This document shows positions 36,424 to 49,066 of a stretch of 64,000 nt of DNA, in pieces; position 1 is the stretch's first letter; the number at the start of each line of letters is the position of its first letter. The stretch is from Basidiobolus meristosporus CBS 931.73 (lineage: Eukaryota; Fungi; Basidiobolomycota), in NCBI GenBank assembly GCA_002104905.1, contig MCFE01000343.1:26818-90817 (forward strand), written 5' to 3'. The notes under the pieces are model-generated. The model had not been told where the DNA came from, ran no database searches, and worked only from the letters and a program-made list of their open reading frames with translations. A program made the translations under genes and the position numbers.

Positions 36424-39400
36424 CCACCCATGAAAATCCAGCATATCCAAGAATCTTCCTTTGCCACAAAATCTATCCAGTCCTTGAGAATGCCTGTCAA
36501 AATCCAGATCCCTGACTCCAGTCCTATCCCAGTCCTAGCCCTGATTGATTCCAGTGCGGCATCCTGTTTCATTGACCAAGCCTTTGTCCAGAAGCACTCT
36601 ATTCCTGTTACCTTGAAATCCTGTCCAGTCCAAGTAGATGTTATTGATGAAAGATCACTCTCATCTGGTGCTGTTACCCATGAAACATGCTTACTTCAGC
36701 TGTCCAGTACTGCTCACCAAGAAAGAATTGCCTTCAACATCATCAACTCACCACACTATCCTACTGTGCTTGGAAGCTCATGGCTGAGCTACCACAATTC
36801 AACTATTGATTGGAAATCCAAGATCCTGTCATTCACCAGATCCCACTAAGTCAACTCCATGAAATATCCAGACCCTGATAACTGTGAAAAGACTGTTACC
36901 AACAGTTTAACAGCCCAAGATAACTTGCCAGCTGAAGGAGCCCCCTGAGCAAGCATACCAGCCAAGTCCCAAGAGTTTGCCCATGTCCTTGACAAGAAGA
37001 AAGCAGAACTCCTCCCTGACCATTGGCCGTATGACTGCCCTATTGACCTTGAAGATGGAAAAATCTCTCCATTTGGCCCAATATATAACCTCTCCCAGCT
37101 GGAGTTGAAAGAACCTCATGGTAATATTGAAGAAAACCTCCAAAAGGGTTTTATTCAGCACTCCAAATCACCTGCTGGAGCCCCAATCCTCTTTGTCAAG
37201 AAGAAGGATGGCACCCTCACAATGTGTGTGGACTACCATGCTTTGAAAAAGATCACAGTCAAGAACCGCTACCCCTGCCCCTGATCAACACACTGTTGGA
37301 TCAGCTATCTGCTGCCCAAGTCTTCACTAAGATAGACTTGGGGGGAGCTTACAATCTGGTCAGAATCAAGCCTGGTGATATACGGAAAACTGCCTTTTGC
37401 ACAAGATATGGTTACTTTGAGTACAAAGTAATGCCATTTGGCCTCACCAATGCCCCTGCTGTGTTTCAACACCTCATGAATGACATATTCTGTGAATACC
37501 TTGACCAGTTTGTGGTAATCTACCTTGATGATATTCTCATATACTTCAAGAGTCAAGATGAACATGATGAACATGTCAAGAAAGTATTGAGAAAACTAGA
37601 CTCTGCTGGTCTCTATGCCAAGCTAGAGAAGTGTGAATTTGACCCGAGAGAAGTGGAATTTCTTGGTTACCTCATCAGCCCTGAGGGAACCAGAATGGAC
37701 CCAAAGAAAGTTGACTCAGTCCAATCCTGGAAAACTCCAAGCTCAGTCAAGGAAGCACAATCCTTCCTGGGATTTGCCAACTTCAATTGCAGGCTCATAG
37801 CCAACTACTCCAAGATAGTCACCTCTCTGACTAAGCTTACCCAGAAGAACACACCTTTTGCCTGGAATGAGGAGCAATCCACCTCATTCAACCAACTCAA
37901 GAAATCTTTCCTGAAGGCCCCCCTGCTTGCCCACCCTGACCTTGAGAAGCAACTCATAGTGGAGACTGATGCTTCTGATTTTGCCCGTGATGCCATACTC
38001 TCCCAGTAAGATGAGGACAATGTGTTGCACCCCATTGCATTCCACTCTTGGAAGTTTTCCCCTGCAGAGATCAACTATAATATCTATGATAAGGAGTTGC
38101 TTGCCATCATTGTAGCCTTTGTGCAATGGAGACACTACCTGGATGGTGCAAAATACAAAATCAAAGTCTTCTGTGGCCATAAGAACCTTGAGTACTTTGC
38201 AACTTCCAAAGTACTAAACCAGAGTCAAGCCAGATGGTAACTCTTCCTGTCCAGCTTTGACTTTACTATCACCTATAGACCTGGTGCAAAGCAAGGAAAG
38301 CCTGATGCCCTGTCCAGAAAAAAGGAATATGCCCTGGAAGAGGGAGATGATGCCTGTTGACAAATGGAACACCCATTGCTGAGCAAGCAATATTTTGAGA
38401 TTCTTGCTACCCAGTCCTCAAGTCTTGTCATCCCTTCATTCCTATTAAGGATATCAGAATCCCAAGCCTCTGATATGACTTCCAGCACCATCAAGAAATA
38501 TCAGTTCCCAAACATCCAGAACCTGCATTTGGTAAACAAGTTCATCTACCACAAGCAGCAGCTTTATGTCCCAGACCCAGGCACCCAGCAAGATATCATT
38601 AAGTCTTGGCATGATTCAATGGCTGCAGGCCACTTTGGTACTGCCAAAACCTTGAATGCTATCAAAAGAGATTTCTGGTGGCCTAGAATGATAACTCTTA
38701 TCAAAGAGTACATTCTGACTTGTGATATTTGCAACCATGCAAAACCAGCCAGACACCAGCCCTATGGACTTCTTCAACCCTTGCCTATCTCAGAACACCA
38801 ATGGAGATCTATATCTATGGACTTCATTACTGACCTCCCTGAGTCATGTGGCTTCAATGCTATACTTGTAGTGACTGACCGGCTGGCCAAGATGGCTCAC
38901 TTTATCCCTTGCTGTAAGAACACTGATGCAAAAGAAACGCTGCATTAGTCCTGAAGAATATTTTCCGCCTTCATGGTGTCCCCAGTGATATTGTGTCAGA
39001 TAGAGTCCCACAGTTTGTGTCCAAGTTTTGGAAACATTTCATGCAATACCTTGGTGTTCAAGTCAAGTTCTTGACTGCCTTCCACCCACAGTCTGATGGC
39101 CAGACTGAAAGAATCAACCAGATTCTAGAGCTATACCTCCGGTGCTATATCAATTACCAGCAAGACAATTGGGTTGATCTACTCCCTGTTGCTGAGTTTG
39201 CCTACAACAACTCAAGCCATAGTGCAACCGGTTTTACACCATTCTATGCAAACCATGGATTCCACCCTCAGTTTGATATACAGATTCCAACAAACCCAAT
39301 GAGCCCACATGTGGCTGAGCATGCCCAAGCAATTCAGGACATCCAGAATACCCTCAAGGAAGAACTATCCTTAGCTCAGGAAAGCTACAAGAAATATGCC

Positions 39401-39685
39401 AATCTAAAATGGCATCCCAGCCCTGATTTTAATGAAGGAGATTCTGTATGGTTGCTCAGAAGAAACATCAGTGCTAACTGCCCTTGTGACAAGTTGGATT
39501 TCAAGAAACTTGGTCCCTTCAAGATCAAGAAGAAGCTTAGCCCTATAGTATATCAGCTACAGTTACCAGCAAGTATGAAAATCCATGATACTTTCCATGT
39601 GTCCCTCCTGGAGCCTTATTGTAGGAACACCTTGCCAAACTGGCAAGAAGCAAAGCCCCAAGCCATCCAGGTTGACCAACATTAA

Positions 39686-39860
39686 GAATTTGAAGTTAAA
39701 CAGATTCTAGGCTCCAAGTATATCCGGTCAAAGCTGTGCTACTTAGTAGACTGGATTGGTTATGGTCCAAGTGACTAAACATGGGAACCAGCTACCCATC
39801 TCACTAATTGTCAAGAACTAGTTACCTAGTTCCACCAGCAATATCCTGCAAAACCTGCCC
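39686..39860 (+). other. Integrase C-terminal chromodomain (with stops)
   Basis: Manual translation EFEVKQILGSKYIRSKLCYLVDWIGYGPSD*TWEPATHLTNCQELVT*FHQQYPAKP matches the chromodomain pattern (YLVxWxGY..TWEP). Confidence 0.9.
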
Positions 39861-39883
39861 CAAAGGGAAACAGAGCTTTGCCT

Positions 39884-39895
39884 GGAAGAGGAGAA
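39884..39895 (+). other. Polypurine tract of chromovirus
   Basis: GGAAGAGGAGAA just upstream of the 3' LTR. Confidence 0.85.
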
Positions 39896-39898
39896 TAG

Positions 39899-40426
39899 TT
39901 TCATGATCACATGACAAACATGAACACCCATGCCAAGTTTCAGCTTCCTAGCTCAATTTCTAAGAGATTCCTTCTGGAACCTTCTACCACCTTTCAGAAA
40001 GTTTCTGACCATTCCAAACCATTGTTACAAAATGGAACATTCCATGGAAGCTTCCCATTGTATTTTACATAGTCCAGTACCATATATGGAAATACCAGAT
40101 CACATGACTTAGTCAAATGATCAGGTGACCCAATCCATTTCCCTATCCTGTCTCAGTGCCTTGCCTTCTATATTATTATCCCCAGCACAGTGCTGCACCT
40201 CACCCCACAACCCCATTAGTATTAGCCAATATCTCTTGGCATCAGTATAACCAAAAAGTATATATAGTCCTATTCCCCCTTAAGTATTCCTCAGTCTGAT
40301 AAACACAGGTCTTGAATAAACAGCCTTGCCTTGGAAACCCACCTTGCCTTGATGATCCACACCTAAGTCCTTTCCTGGTCCTGCCTTGCCTAGCTCTACT
40401 CTCCTGCCTTGTGTCTAATCATAACA
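39899..40426 (+). repeat. 3' LTR of chromovirus (528 bp)
   Basis: Directly follows the PPT. Roughly 95% identical to the 5' LTR by eye. Confidence 0.93.
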
Positions 40427-40428
40427 AT

Positions 40429-40438
40429 TGGTAGCAGC
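40429..40438 (+). other. tRNA PBS of family-B element (TGGTAGCAGC, initiator-Met-like), displaced by the chromovirus
   Basis: Removing the chromovirus and one TSD gives LTR-B ...GTAACA-T-TGGTAGCAGC. TGGTAGC complements the 3' end of eukaryotic initiator tRNA-Met (..GCUACCA). Confidence 0.8.
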
Positions 40439-40485
40439 AATAACCAGAAACCTCTCTCCTGAAGAAAGAAGAAGCCATCCTCAAG

Positions 40486-43400
40486 ATGTTGGACAATCAA
40501 GAATGGAAGAATGCCATGCAACAAATCCTGGCCCAACAGCAACAGTTACTCCAGATCCTCAGCCAACAGCAACAAGGAATGACTACCATGGCTCAGAGCC
40601 AGCAAAGCCCCGTCAAGAGCAACTTTAGTGTGAAGGTCAACTGGTACCATGGCAGAGTTAATGAAAACCTGGGAACTTTGCTCTTTCAGATTGAAGAAGC
40701 TTTTAAAGCTAAAGGAATTGCTCCAGAAAGCAAGTTGCATTATGCAGCTTCTTACCTGGCAGATGCAGCTTTACAGTGGTACCACAACAAGATCAGGTCA
40801 GCCACTATGATTGGATGCTCTACAATCTCTACCTGGGATGAGTTTGTGACAGAAATTCAGGATGCTTTTGAGCCTCCATACCAGCAGACACTACTAAGAA
40901 GGAAGTTAAAGACACTCAGACAGAAAGGAATGGCTCAAGAATACATCTATGAGTACAGATGTCTACTTGGACAAATTGAAAGAATGGACCCCCTGGATCA
41001 AGTTGAATACTTTATTGATGGGTTGAAAGAAAGAACTTGCAAGGAAGTGAATTATTGAAGACCTCAGACTTTTGAAGAAGCCATCAAGATTGCCATTGAC
41101 CATGACTCAGCTATGTTTGGAGTTTGGAAGCCTACAGTGACTAATCAGAAAGGCTACAATCATTATGAAAGAAGACAGTCAGAAGCAGTACCAATGGAAA
41201 TAGACGCTGTGTTGAAGAATCCCACCTCAGAAGAATGTAAGAAGAAAGGACTTTGCTTCTATTGCCACCAGCAAGGACATATTGCAAAGTACTGCCTTCA
41301 GAGAAGAAATGGACACCAGCCATCAAGAACCTTTAGCCGTATTGAGGCCATGGAGCATAGTAACATGGAGGATGTACTTGAAGAAGACTTAGAACTCACC
41401 TTCCACATGACAGAAGAATACCTATCCCAGATAACCTCAAACTCAGAAAAGCTATTATACTTGATTGGAGTAATCAATGGAGTACCTGCTAAGATCATGA
41501 TTGACTCAGGAGCACTGCATGAGTACATGTCAGAGCAATTTGCCTTGAAAGCTGGAATTAACTCAGAACCCACCAAATCCACTTCAGCCTCCACAGCTGA
41601 TGGGAACTCTCACATAATCAACCATATTACCCAGCCAGTAAGAATGAAGATCAATGACTATGAAAAAGACCTACCGGCTTAAATATTTGGGAACTGCAAG
41701 TTTGACCTTGTACTTGGAAAAACCTGGTTATATTGTGTAATCCATCAATCAACTGGAGAACCCATGCTACTCAGATCCAAAAAGACAAAAAGACCTATGA
41801 GCTATTACCTGCCAGGCTGGATTTCAACTTGGTCATTTCCAGTATGTGTGAGACAAGTGAACTTAGCAAGACCCAGTTCTGTAGAGCACTTAGAAATGGT
41901 ACCCAGATGTTCCTCATGGCAGTATTACAGGAGGATTCCGCTACCCCAGCACCCCAGCTGGTCCAGACTCTCTTGAAGAAATATTCAGACGTGTTTCCAG
42001 ATGAGCTTGTAAGCCTACCATCAGTCAGAGATGTGGATCATGCTATTGACACAGGAGATAGCCCTCCAGTTAGCAAGACACCTTACAGAATGAGTCCATT
42101 GGAATTGGAGGAAATGAAGAGACAAATTAGTCAGCTATTGGAGCAAGGATACATCAGACCTAGCAAGTCACCTTGGGGAGCACCAGTGCTTTTTGTGAAA
42201 AAGAAGGATGGAACACTTAGGATGTGCATTGACTACAGAGCCCTCAACTTGGGTACCGTCAAGAATAAGTACCCCATACCTTGGATTGATGAGCTTTTGG
42301 ACCAACTTAATGGAGCCACCATATTCAGCAAGATTGACCTAATGTCAGGATATAACCAGATTAGGGTGAAACCAGAAGATATCCCTAAGACAGCATTCAG
42401 GACCAGATATGGACATTACACGTACTTAGTCATAAATTTTGGCCTCACTAATGCCCCTCCAACATTCATGATGCTGATGAAGACTGTCTTTCAGGAGTAC
42501 TTAGACAAGTTTGTGATAATCAACCTGGATGACATATTGATATACAGCAAGACAGAAGAGGATCATGTGGTGCACATTGAAAAGGTCTTGAAGAAACTAA
42601 GAGAGAACAAGCTATATGGCAAGCTAGCCAAGTGTGAATTCTTCAAGGAACACATTGAATATCTGGGACACATAGTGACTAGCACAGGAGTGACCTTATT
42701 CCCTAAGAAGGCTGAAGTTATCTAGAATTTGAAGCAGCCCCATAGCATATCAGAACTCAGATCATTCCCTGGAATGGTTTCCTATTATTGGGGATTTGTC
42801 AAGTCTTTTGCAAGTATTGCAGCCCCTTTAACGGATATCCTCATGAAAGACAATACCTACAAGTGGGACATAGCTGGTGAGACTGCCTTCCAGACGCTCA
42901 AGAATGAACTTGCTAACCTGCCAAGCTTAAGAATACCAGACTTCAGAAAAGAGTTCACTCTGTGCACAGATTCTTCAGATTATGCAATTGGTGAAGTGCT
43001 GAGCCAAGAACACAAGGAAAAGGACTACCCTGTTGCCTTTGAATCCAAGAAACTGAACTCAGCAGAGCAAAAATATCCAGTCCATGAGAAGGAGATGCTT
43101 GCTATAATACACTGCTTGAAGACATGGAGATGCTATATTGAAGGAGTCAAATGCACTGTGAAGACTGATCATGCCTCCCTCAAGTATATATTGACTCAGA
43201 AGGTACTATCTAGAAGAATGACAAGATGGAGTGAATACATTCAGCAATTTGACCTGGTGATTGTCTACTGCCCTGGAAAAAACAACATGGTTGCTGATGC
43301 CTTATCAAAATTAGATCAAGTTGCACAACTCAGCTTGGTGCGTGAATCAGATTGGCCTAGCCTATTACCAAAGTACTTGGAAGACCAAGCCATTCCTAAT

Positions 43401-44616
43401 GAGGTGGATGAAGATATCAAGAAGATAATCCGTGATGAAGCCAGCAAATTTGTAGTATAGGATGAAACACTCTACCAAATTGTTGATGGAAGCCCTATTG
43501 CCTATTGCCCTTATGTTTCTTGCCTGGATTTCACATAAGCTACACAATGGATATGGACATCTTGGAATTGAAGGAACCTATAGCCTTGTGAAAGCCAGAG
43601 CATGGTGGCCCAGAATGAAACAAGACATTGAGAAGCTAGTGAAAACATGCCCAAATTGCCAAATCAACCAAAGCCAATCACAGAGAATTTCCAAACTCTT
43701 TCCCTTGGAGCCTGTAAGACCACTTGAAAGATGGGGAATTGACTTTATTGGAAGACTGCCAACCACCAGAAAATGCAACAGTTGGATCATAGTAGTAATT
43801 GACCATGCCACTAAATGGCCAGTTGCTAAAGCTGTACCAATAGCCAGTGAACAAGAAGTTGCAAGTTTCATTTACCATGGGATTGTGATGAAGTTTGGAT
43901 GCCCTGTGGAGATCTTATCTGATAGAGGAGCAAACTTTATTGCAAAGACATTAGAGGCTTACCTGGAAATGCAGCAGATCAGACACCTGAAAACCTTGGC
44001 ATATCACCCCAGAACTAATGGAGTCACTCAGTGGTTTAATGGATTATTTGAAAAAATGCTGACCAAGTATGCAAATGGAGTTGTCAGTAGATGGGATGAG
44101 TATATAGACCAAGCACTCTTGGCATGCAGAGTCAGAGTACATAACACCACCCAGCAATCACTGTTTTACTTGGTGTATGGATGTGAACCAAGGATTACAG
44201 GAGATCTCACACAACCAAAGCTTACAGACACCTTAGAAGATGAATTCAGTCAGCCAAGTAGACACCAGCAACTGGAACAAAGATGTCAAGAGGCACAGAC
44301 CAAAGTATCTCAAAGTGCAGAAAAGATGAAGCAGAGATCTGATAAGACTATAGCACCAGAAGCATTGACAGTTAGGAACTTTGTATTGCTAAGAAACAAC
44401 ACTTGGAAGAAGTTTGAGCCACAATGGACAGGACCATTCAAGATCATCTGAGAATGTCCATTTGCAACTTACCAACTAGTGGACAAACAAGGCAATATAC
44501 GGGAAGACTTAGTGCATAGGGACAGACTCAAGCTTGCAAGACTTGCTGATAATACTGAACCATCAAGATATTGGTGTTGTAAGAAAAGAGATTCAGGAGA
44601 ACCCTCTCAACTTTAG
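40486..44616 (+). pseudogene. gag-pol: Family-B gag-pol polyprotein, disrupted: gag, CCHC (CFYCHQQGHIAKYC), protease (MIDSGA), RT (NLDDILIY), RNase H (CTDSSDYA), integrase (WGIDFIG, ILSDRGANF, YHPRTNG, WTGPF)
   Basis: ORF pieces 40486-41058 and 41113-41682 are in the same frame, separated by a probable CGA>TGA change. Further pieces are 41733-42725, 42729-43460 and 43462-44451. Reading through TGA 44449 reaches TAG at 44614-44616. Confidence 0.92.
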
Positions 44617-44617
44617 T

Positions 44618-44626
44618 AGGGGAGAA
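44618..44626 (+). other. Polypurine tract of family-B element
   Basis: AGGGGAGAA abutting the 3' LTR. Confidence 0.8.
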
Positions 44627-44994
44627 TATTATGATCTGCTGCTTGAATGTTTAAGTTAGATCAGTTTTTAGTCAAATCAATTAGTATATGTTTAGGTTAT
44701 CAGTATATTAGTATAATATATGAAATCAGTAGCATTAGTCAGCAAATGAATCAGCAGACCCTTATCAGACAGAAATAGATATATTAAGTAGGATCTTATT
44801 GGGTGGTGATGATGCAATCAAATGAGTGATTAGCCACAACCTACATTAGGAAATACAAGTAGTCAGCAATTGATCTGGCAAAATGTATATAAGGAGCTGC
44901 TCAAACCTCAATAAAAATCAGTTCAAGTTTTAGTGAATACAATACTAGCTAAACTCTCTATTCCTCTACAACTCTTATACCAATACTTGTAACA
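44627..44994 (+). repeat. 3' LTR of family-B element
   Basis: Follows the PPT. TATTATGATC...TTGTAACA. TATATAA near 44886 and AATAAA at 44910. Confidence 0.93.
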
Positions 44995-44998
44995 AAAG

Positions 44999-46200
44999 GA
45001 ACATCTTTATAGTATCCACAAATAGCTTGCAATGCTTCCAGTGTGCTGCTGGAATAAACTACTTTAGTAGGCCACCATGATAAGTGAATATCCAGTTCCA
45101 CCAGTCCTCACACTTATGTTGATGCATATGTGTATGGACATTAATTGGTGCCTCTGGGGTATACCTTGGTCAATGGATGCATTACAGTAACTTGCCAGTT
45201 GGTTTAAATTTCTCTGGAATCTCAACTGGTGCATTATGGTTATATTGTCACTTGTATGCTCTGTCAATATTGTAGGAAAATTGTGGGATAGCAATGCACT
45301 TTTTCTAGTGGATTGCTTTCACACCAGCTGACTCACTCCATGCTCAGTGTACTTGGCTGTTGGCTAGTCCCATACTTTGACTGATGATTAATCACTTGCC
45401 AGCTTTCTTGCATTCTCATCCCACCTTTGGAACACTCTTTTTGAGGACAGGGCTCATTTTTAGTATTAGTACTTGGATAAAGATGTTCCATATGGATGGT
45501 GGAGTACACTTCATGATTCTCATACATTTGACAGTAACATCATTCATTGTACTCAAATAATCCATCAATCTTGTTAGTTACAGGTGTATATCCTATGCTA
45601 AGCTTTCTGTGTGCTCTAACATGACAGCCATCTGATAGTATAACTCTGGAGATTATCTGGAACCTTGCTAACAGTGGGTACCAACAGCTAAGCCAATTGA
45701 ATAGTGAGCTTGGACCAGATATTAATGAGGCTATCTTCAGGCTTCTGCCCAGATACTATAACATTGATGGTAAATACAAGCTGATGAGATCTAGTGCCAA
45801 GCAAGATTTACTGGCAGTGTACTTGTTTGGTGACAATTTCCCAAATGCCAAGGCAATGGCATGGTCAAGCATACCTTCTGACAAGACCTTAATCTTGTGC
45901 TTGTTGATGTATTCTCCATCCAATATATCCTTCAATTCTTTGGCTGACACAAACTGATAGCAGTATAATATTGCATGATTGTACTCATTAGACTGTGGTA
46001 GCATCTTTTGATGGGGTATTACCAGAATATGTCCAGAATGTGCAAGATATTTGCTAACATTGGTTGTAGATTCCTTTTAAATTGGACATTTGGTAATGGC
46101 ATTATACATTGATTGACATAGTGTACAGCTATGGGCACATGATGGTCTCTATGTCAGCTCCAGGTCATATGTAGTCAGATTCATTGTGCTTATTCACTTA
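44999..46200 (-). pseudogene. CACTA/En-Spm-type transposase relic, central part
   Basis: Manual translation EAPINVHTHMHQHKCEDWWNWIFTYHGGLLK*FIPAAHWKHCKLFVDTIKMFL resembles the CACTA P.NI..H...K.EEW.NWI..Y...LL..LP...W..FV motif. Weaker matches lie upstream (ORF 45756-46004). The upstream boundary is approximate. Confidence 0.7.
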
Positions 46201-48384
46201 TAGCATGTTAGTGGTGTCTTGCAGTGTAGTAAGCTTTTTAGCCAGTTGCAGCAGTATGTCCCCAATAACCTTCCTACAAAAATTGGTAAAGTGTATCATT
46301 TCTCAAGCCAATGCATCACATCCTTTGCCAGTGATGAATTTGTGGACTCATTTGGCTACACAGAATATTTGTGATGGTATATACTCTTTCATATACTTGT
46401 TTTGCAGGCTTTGTGCCAGGCACCATTGCTCTCCAAGATAGGCTCACAGTCTACTTGCGGGTCCTCTTTATTAGCTGTACCACCAGAAGACTCCTCAGAA
46501 GTATGAGGAGAGTAACTTAATATGTCATACCCACTCTGCTCAGTTTATACTAAGAGAATAGTGAAGTCAGTTATCATTAAAAACTGTTAAGTGACTAGCT
46601 AAATGCCACAGAAATTGCACTTGTACTAGATCCTCTAGATAATATATGTGTGGCAAAATAATCCCCCTATTCTTTGATGTATTTGTTGAAATAATGGACT
46701 ATTTGGTATCATTCAGCAGCTCAAAATTTACTTAGCAATTCTGGACTAGTCTTGGACACTGAGGGACTAATTTACAGCCCTAACTTTGCCACTTTCTTCA
46801 GATCTATGATCTTATGGTTATTCCCCTATGGTCAGAATCAAATTAGCACTATTACCAAACATTATGTACCTACCCTGAAATTGTTGCAGAATGCTCCTGA
46901 ATATTGAGAAGCCCTCCTTACTTAGTGTTACAGCTGTATTGCTTCTACAAAGGTATAAATACCAAGCTTCTTTATGAAGAAACAACAGTTCAACTATTAT
47001 CACTATTTCTTGATAAGTTCCTTATATCCAAATCACTTCTTAAATCACAACAGTTCTTTCTGTGCTGGCATTGTGCTTTATGGGTGAGATGCTGGTTACA
47101 GTACTAACTTGGTCTTTTTTTTCTTTTTTATCCTGTGACATCAGAGCAATTGTGCCCAAAAGGGGAAATTGAACCTAGATCAGCATTATAGCTCAAATAT
47201 ATCTTTTTTCATCTGGATATCCTGCAGATTTTAGACAGTCTCATATATGAGTTGTTGACCCTATGACAATTCAAGATATTATGATTTAAAGCTATAATAA
47301 ATAACACATATAAATTGGAACAACCCCCTACCAAAACATAGGTCACACTACATACTATTTGCATTCACGCACTTCTATATGTTGTAAAAATTTGTAATTC
47401 CACCTAAATATTCACCTAACTTTGTCTCTTAGATCAGTACACTCAAATCCTACAGAATACTGACCAAAATCCTTGTTGTGATTTACTTAAAATATTTTCA
47501 CCAAAATACCAGGTACCCAGAACATGGAAATTCTCAAAGTTGTCCAAACAGCCCCAAACTTTGCACAAATGTTCTTGGGACCTGCATTAACGTATTCTAC
47601 ATGTTTGTAATACCAAGACCAGGTAAAAGTACAAATACTACTTTTACATTCAATAAATCATTAAGTGAAAACCACATAATTTACTTGTCCTCCCAATCAC
47701 TTCCAATATCTCCAAAACTCTTACAACACTATATAATATGCCATCATAGACAATCACAATATCCACACATCACTAGCCAAGTACTGTAAGAAGCACAAGC
47801 CTAAGTCTAGTAGCTTGGCAGCTTTCTTTGGTCCACAGTCCAGTAAACAGCACTAGTACTGGAACAAGCAATACAGAAGGCATACCTAGATTCCTATGAA
47901 AGATATTTTGACATTTTGAGTGGATTAGGTCTAGATCACTCCGCAAAGACCCTACAATGGAACCATATGAATCCTGTTAACATGGAGTTCAGCAGACTTC
48001 TCACATAGCCTTGACAGCCCTATATTAGTGGTAAATGTCAAATACCCTCAGCAAATCTTAACAGCTTCTCAAAGTTATCTGTAATGTTTGCAATGGCTGC
48101 ACAATGACCTTATCACAGAATCCATTTGCTTTCAGCCACTTAGGCCATTGGAATTTCCACTTCTGATAGAAAACTTAATGGTGTCTTCATGGTTTCTCAA
48201 TGGTCCCATTATGGACCTATCACAAACGCTTGATATCTTTCAGTGGTCTGTACTGTTACAATTCTCAATTCTGGTGAAAAACTTAATTTACACTGATAGT
48301 TCTTTGATGGCCTTATTACAACCATGTTTCAGTCATATTGCATTACTAGCTGGTTACTTGACAGTCTCTTTACACTGACAACCT

Positions 48385-49062
48385 AATTAAATGACTCAAA
48401 TTCTTTGCCTCCGTAATCTCCCTTCATTGTACCAGTGTGATATAGCCAAGAGAAACGTTAATAAAAGCTCCTGAATGGTCTTGCCAAATCAAAGGAGCAA
48501 TCAAGTGCAGAATCCTAGAGTTGTCAGGAAGAGGTGTATATACTTGAAAAAGAGTTCTGGTCCAGTATTTGTCTGGCTATAGCTTGGTTTGGCTATAAAA
48601 ACAACAGAGTTGACTTGCTTTGCTGGATAGGCTTGATGTTCCTAGGAGTGCTAGATTTAAAAGGCTTGGGTAGAAACTAGAATGGAACTGTTGGACTCTG
48701 AGTTATGTTGAGATACACATTAAACCAAAAGGTTTGGTAGACTTTATTTACACTTTTCTGACCACGGTGAATCAGTAAGCCCCAAGAAAGTGGATTGCTA
48801 ATTGATATCTACCAAGGAGTTGATTGGTACATAAGATAAATTAAAATCACATCATCAATTGGCTGATTGCTTGGCAAGTGGTAATTCATTGGGTACATAT
48901 CAGATGACTAATCTCCTGAGAAGGCTAGGCATATCAGTTGACAAGGTGCTAATCAAATGAAAGTAGATCAGGTGTGACAGCTAAAAATAGACTCAGAGAT
49001 GGGAGAATTAAATCATAACTAAAATTAGTTATTTGTGGGCTAGGGAATATCAGTTGGGGTAC
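48385..49062 (+). repeat. Unclassified repeat Y, diverged copy abutting the right-arm breakpoint
   Basis: Homologous to 7270-7945. Ends CAGTTGGGGTAC a few bases before the arm begins at 49067. Confidence 0.65.
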
Positions 49063-49066
49063 TTAG

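Larger units (their letters stand above)
36379..39898 (+). pseudogene. pol: Chromovirus pol, disrupted: protease (LIDSSA), RT (YLDDILIY), RNase H (ETDASDFA), integrase (GHFG..CDIC, SMDFITDLP, QSDGQTER, LGPF), chromodomain
   Basis: ORF pieces 36412-36849, 37224-38009, 38022-38240, 38364-38948 and 38993-39685. Multiple stops and frameshifts. The frame ends at TAG 39896-39898. Confidence 0.93.
34560..40426 (+). mobile_element. Ty3/Gypsy chromovirus (Tf1/sushi-like), family A, nested in the PBS of the family-B element
   Basis: LTRs at 34560-35068 and 39899-40426. 5-bp TSD ATTGG at 34555-34559 and 40427-40431. Encodes gag, PR, RT, RH, INT and a C-terminal chromodomain. Confidence 0.95.
33975..44994 (+). 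mobile_element. Ty3/Gypsy LTR retrotransposon, family B (tRNA-primed, no chromodomain), host of nested insertions
   Basis: LTRs at 33975-34555 and 44627-44994. TSD AAAG at 33971-33974 and 44995-44998. PBS, PPT and gag-PR-RT-RH-INT domain order are present. About 4.9 kb after removing the nested inserts. Confidence 0.95.

Noticed and set aside
35475-39898. Domesticated PEG10-like gag-pol gene
   Set aside because: It has multiple stops and frameshifts and retains both LTRs and the TSD, so it is a decaying transposon.
44451-44626. env-like or extra ORF after the family-B integrase
   Set aside because: Only ~165 bp, explained by read-through of a CGA>TGA stop to the true stop at 44614-44616.
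39899-44994. LTR-A as the native 5' LTR of the second gag-pol
   Set aside because: The 3' LTR is family B, its partner is at 33975-34555 with TSD AAAG, and the ATTGG duplication shows nesting.
46200-48385. Short ORFs as genes or a LINE 3' end
   Set aside because: No motif I can support, and all frames have frequent stops. Probably unrecognisable old repeat.
48385-49062. Repeat Y as a LINE reverse transcriptase (IDDVILI-like string on the minus strand)
   Set aside because: The motif is not conserved in the 7270-7945 copy and its spacing to an FLG motif is too short. Left unclassified.
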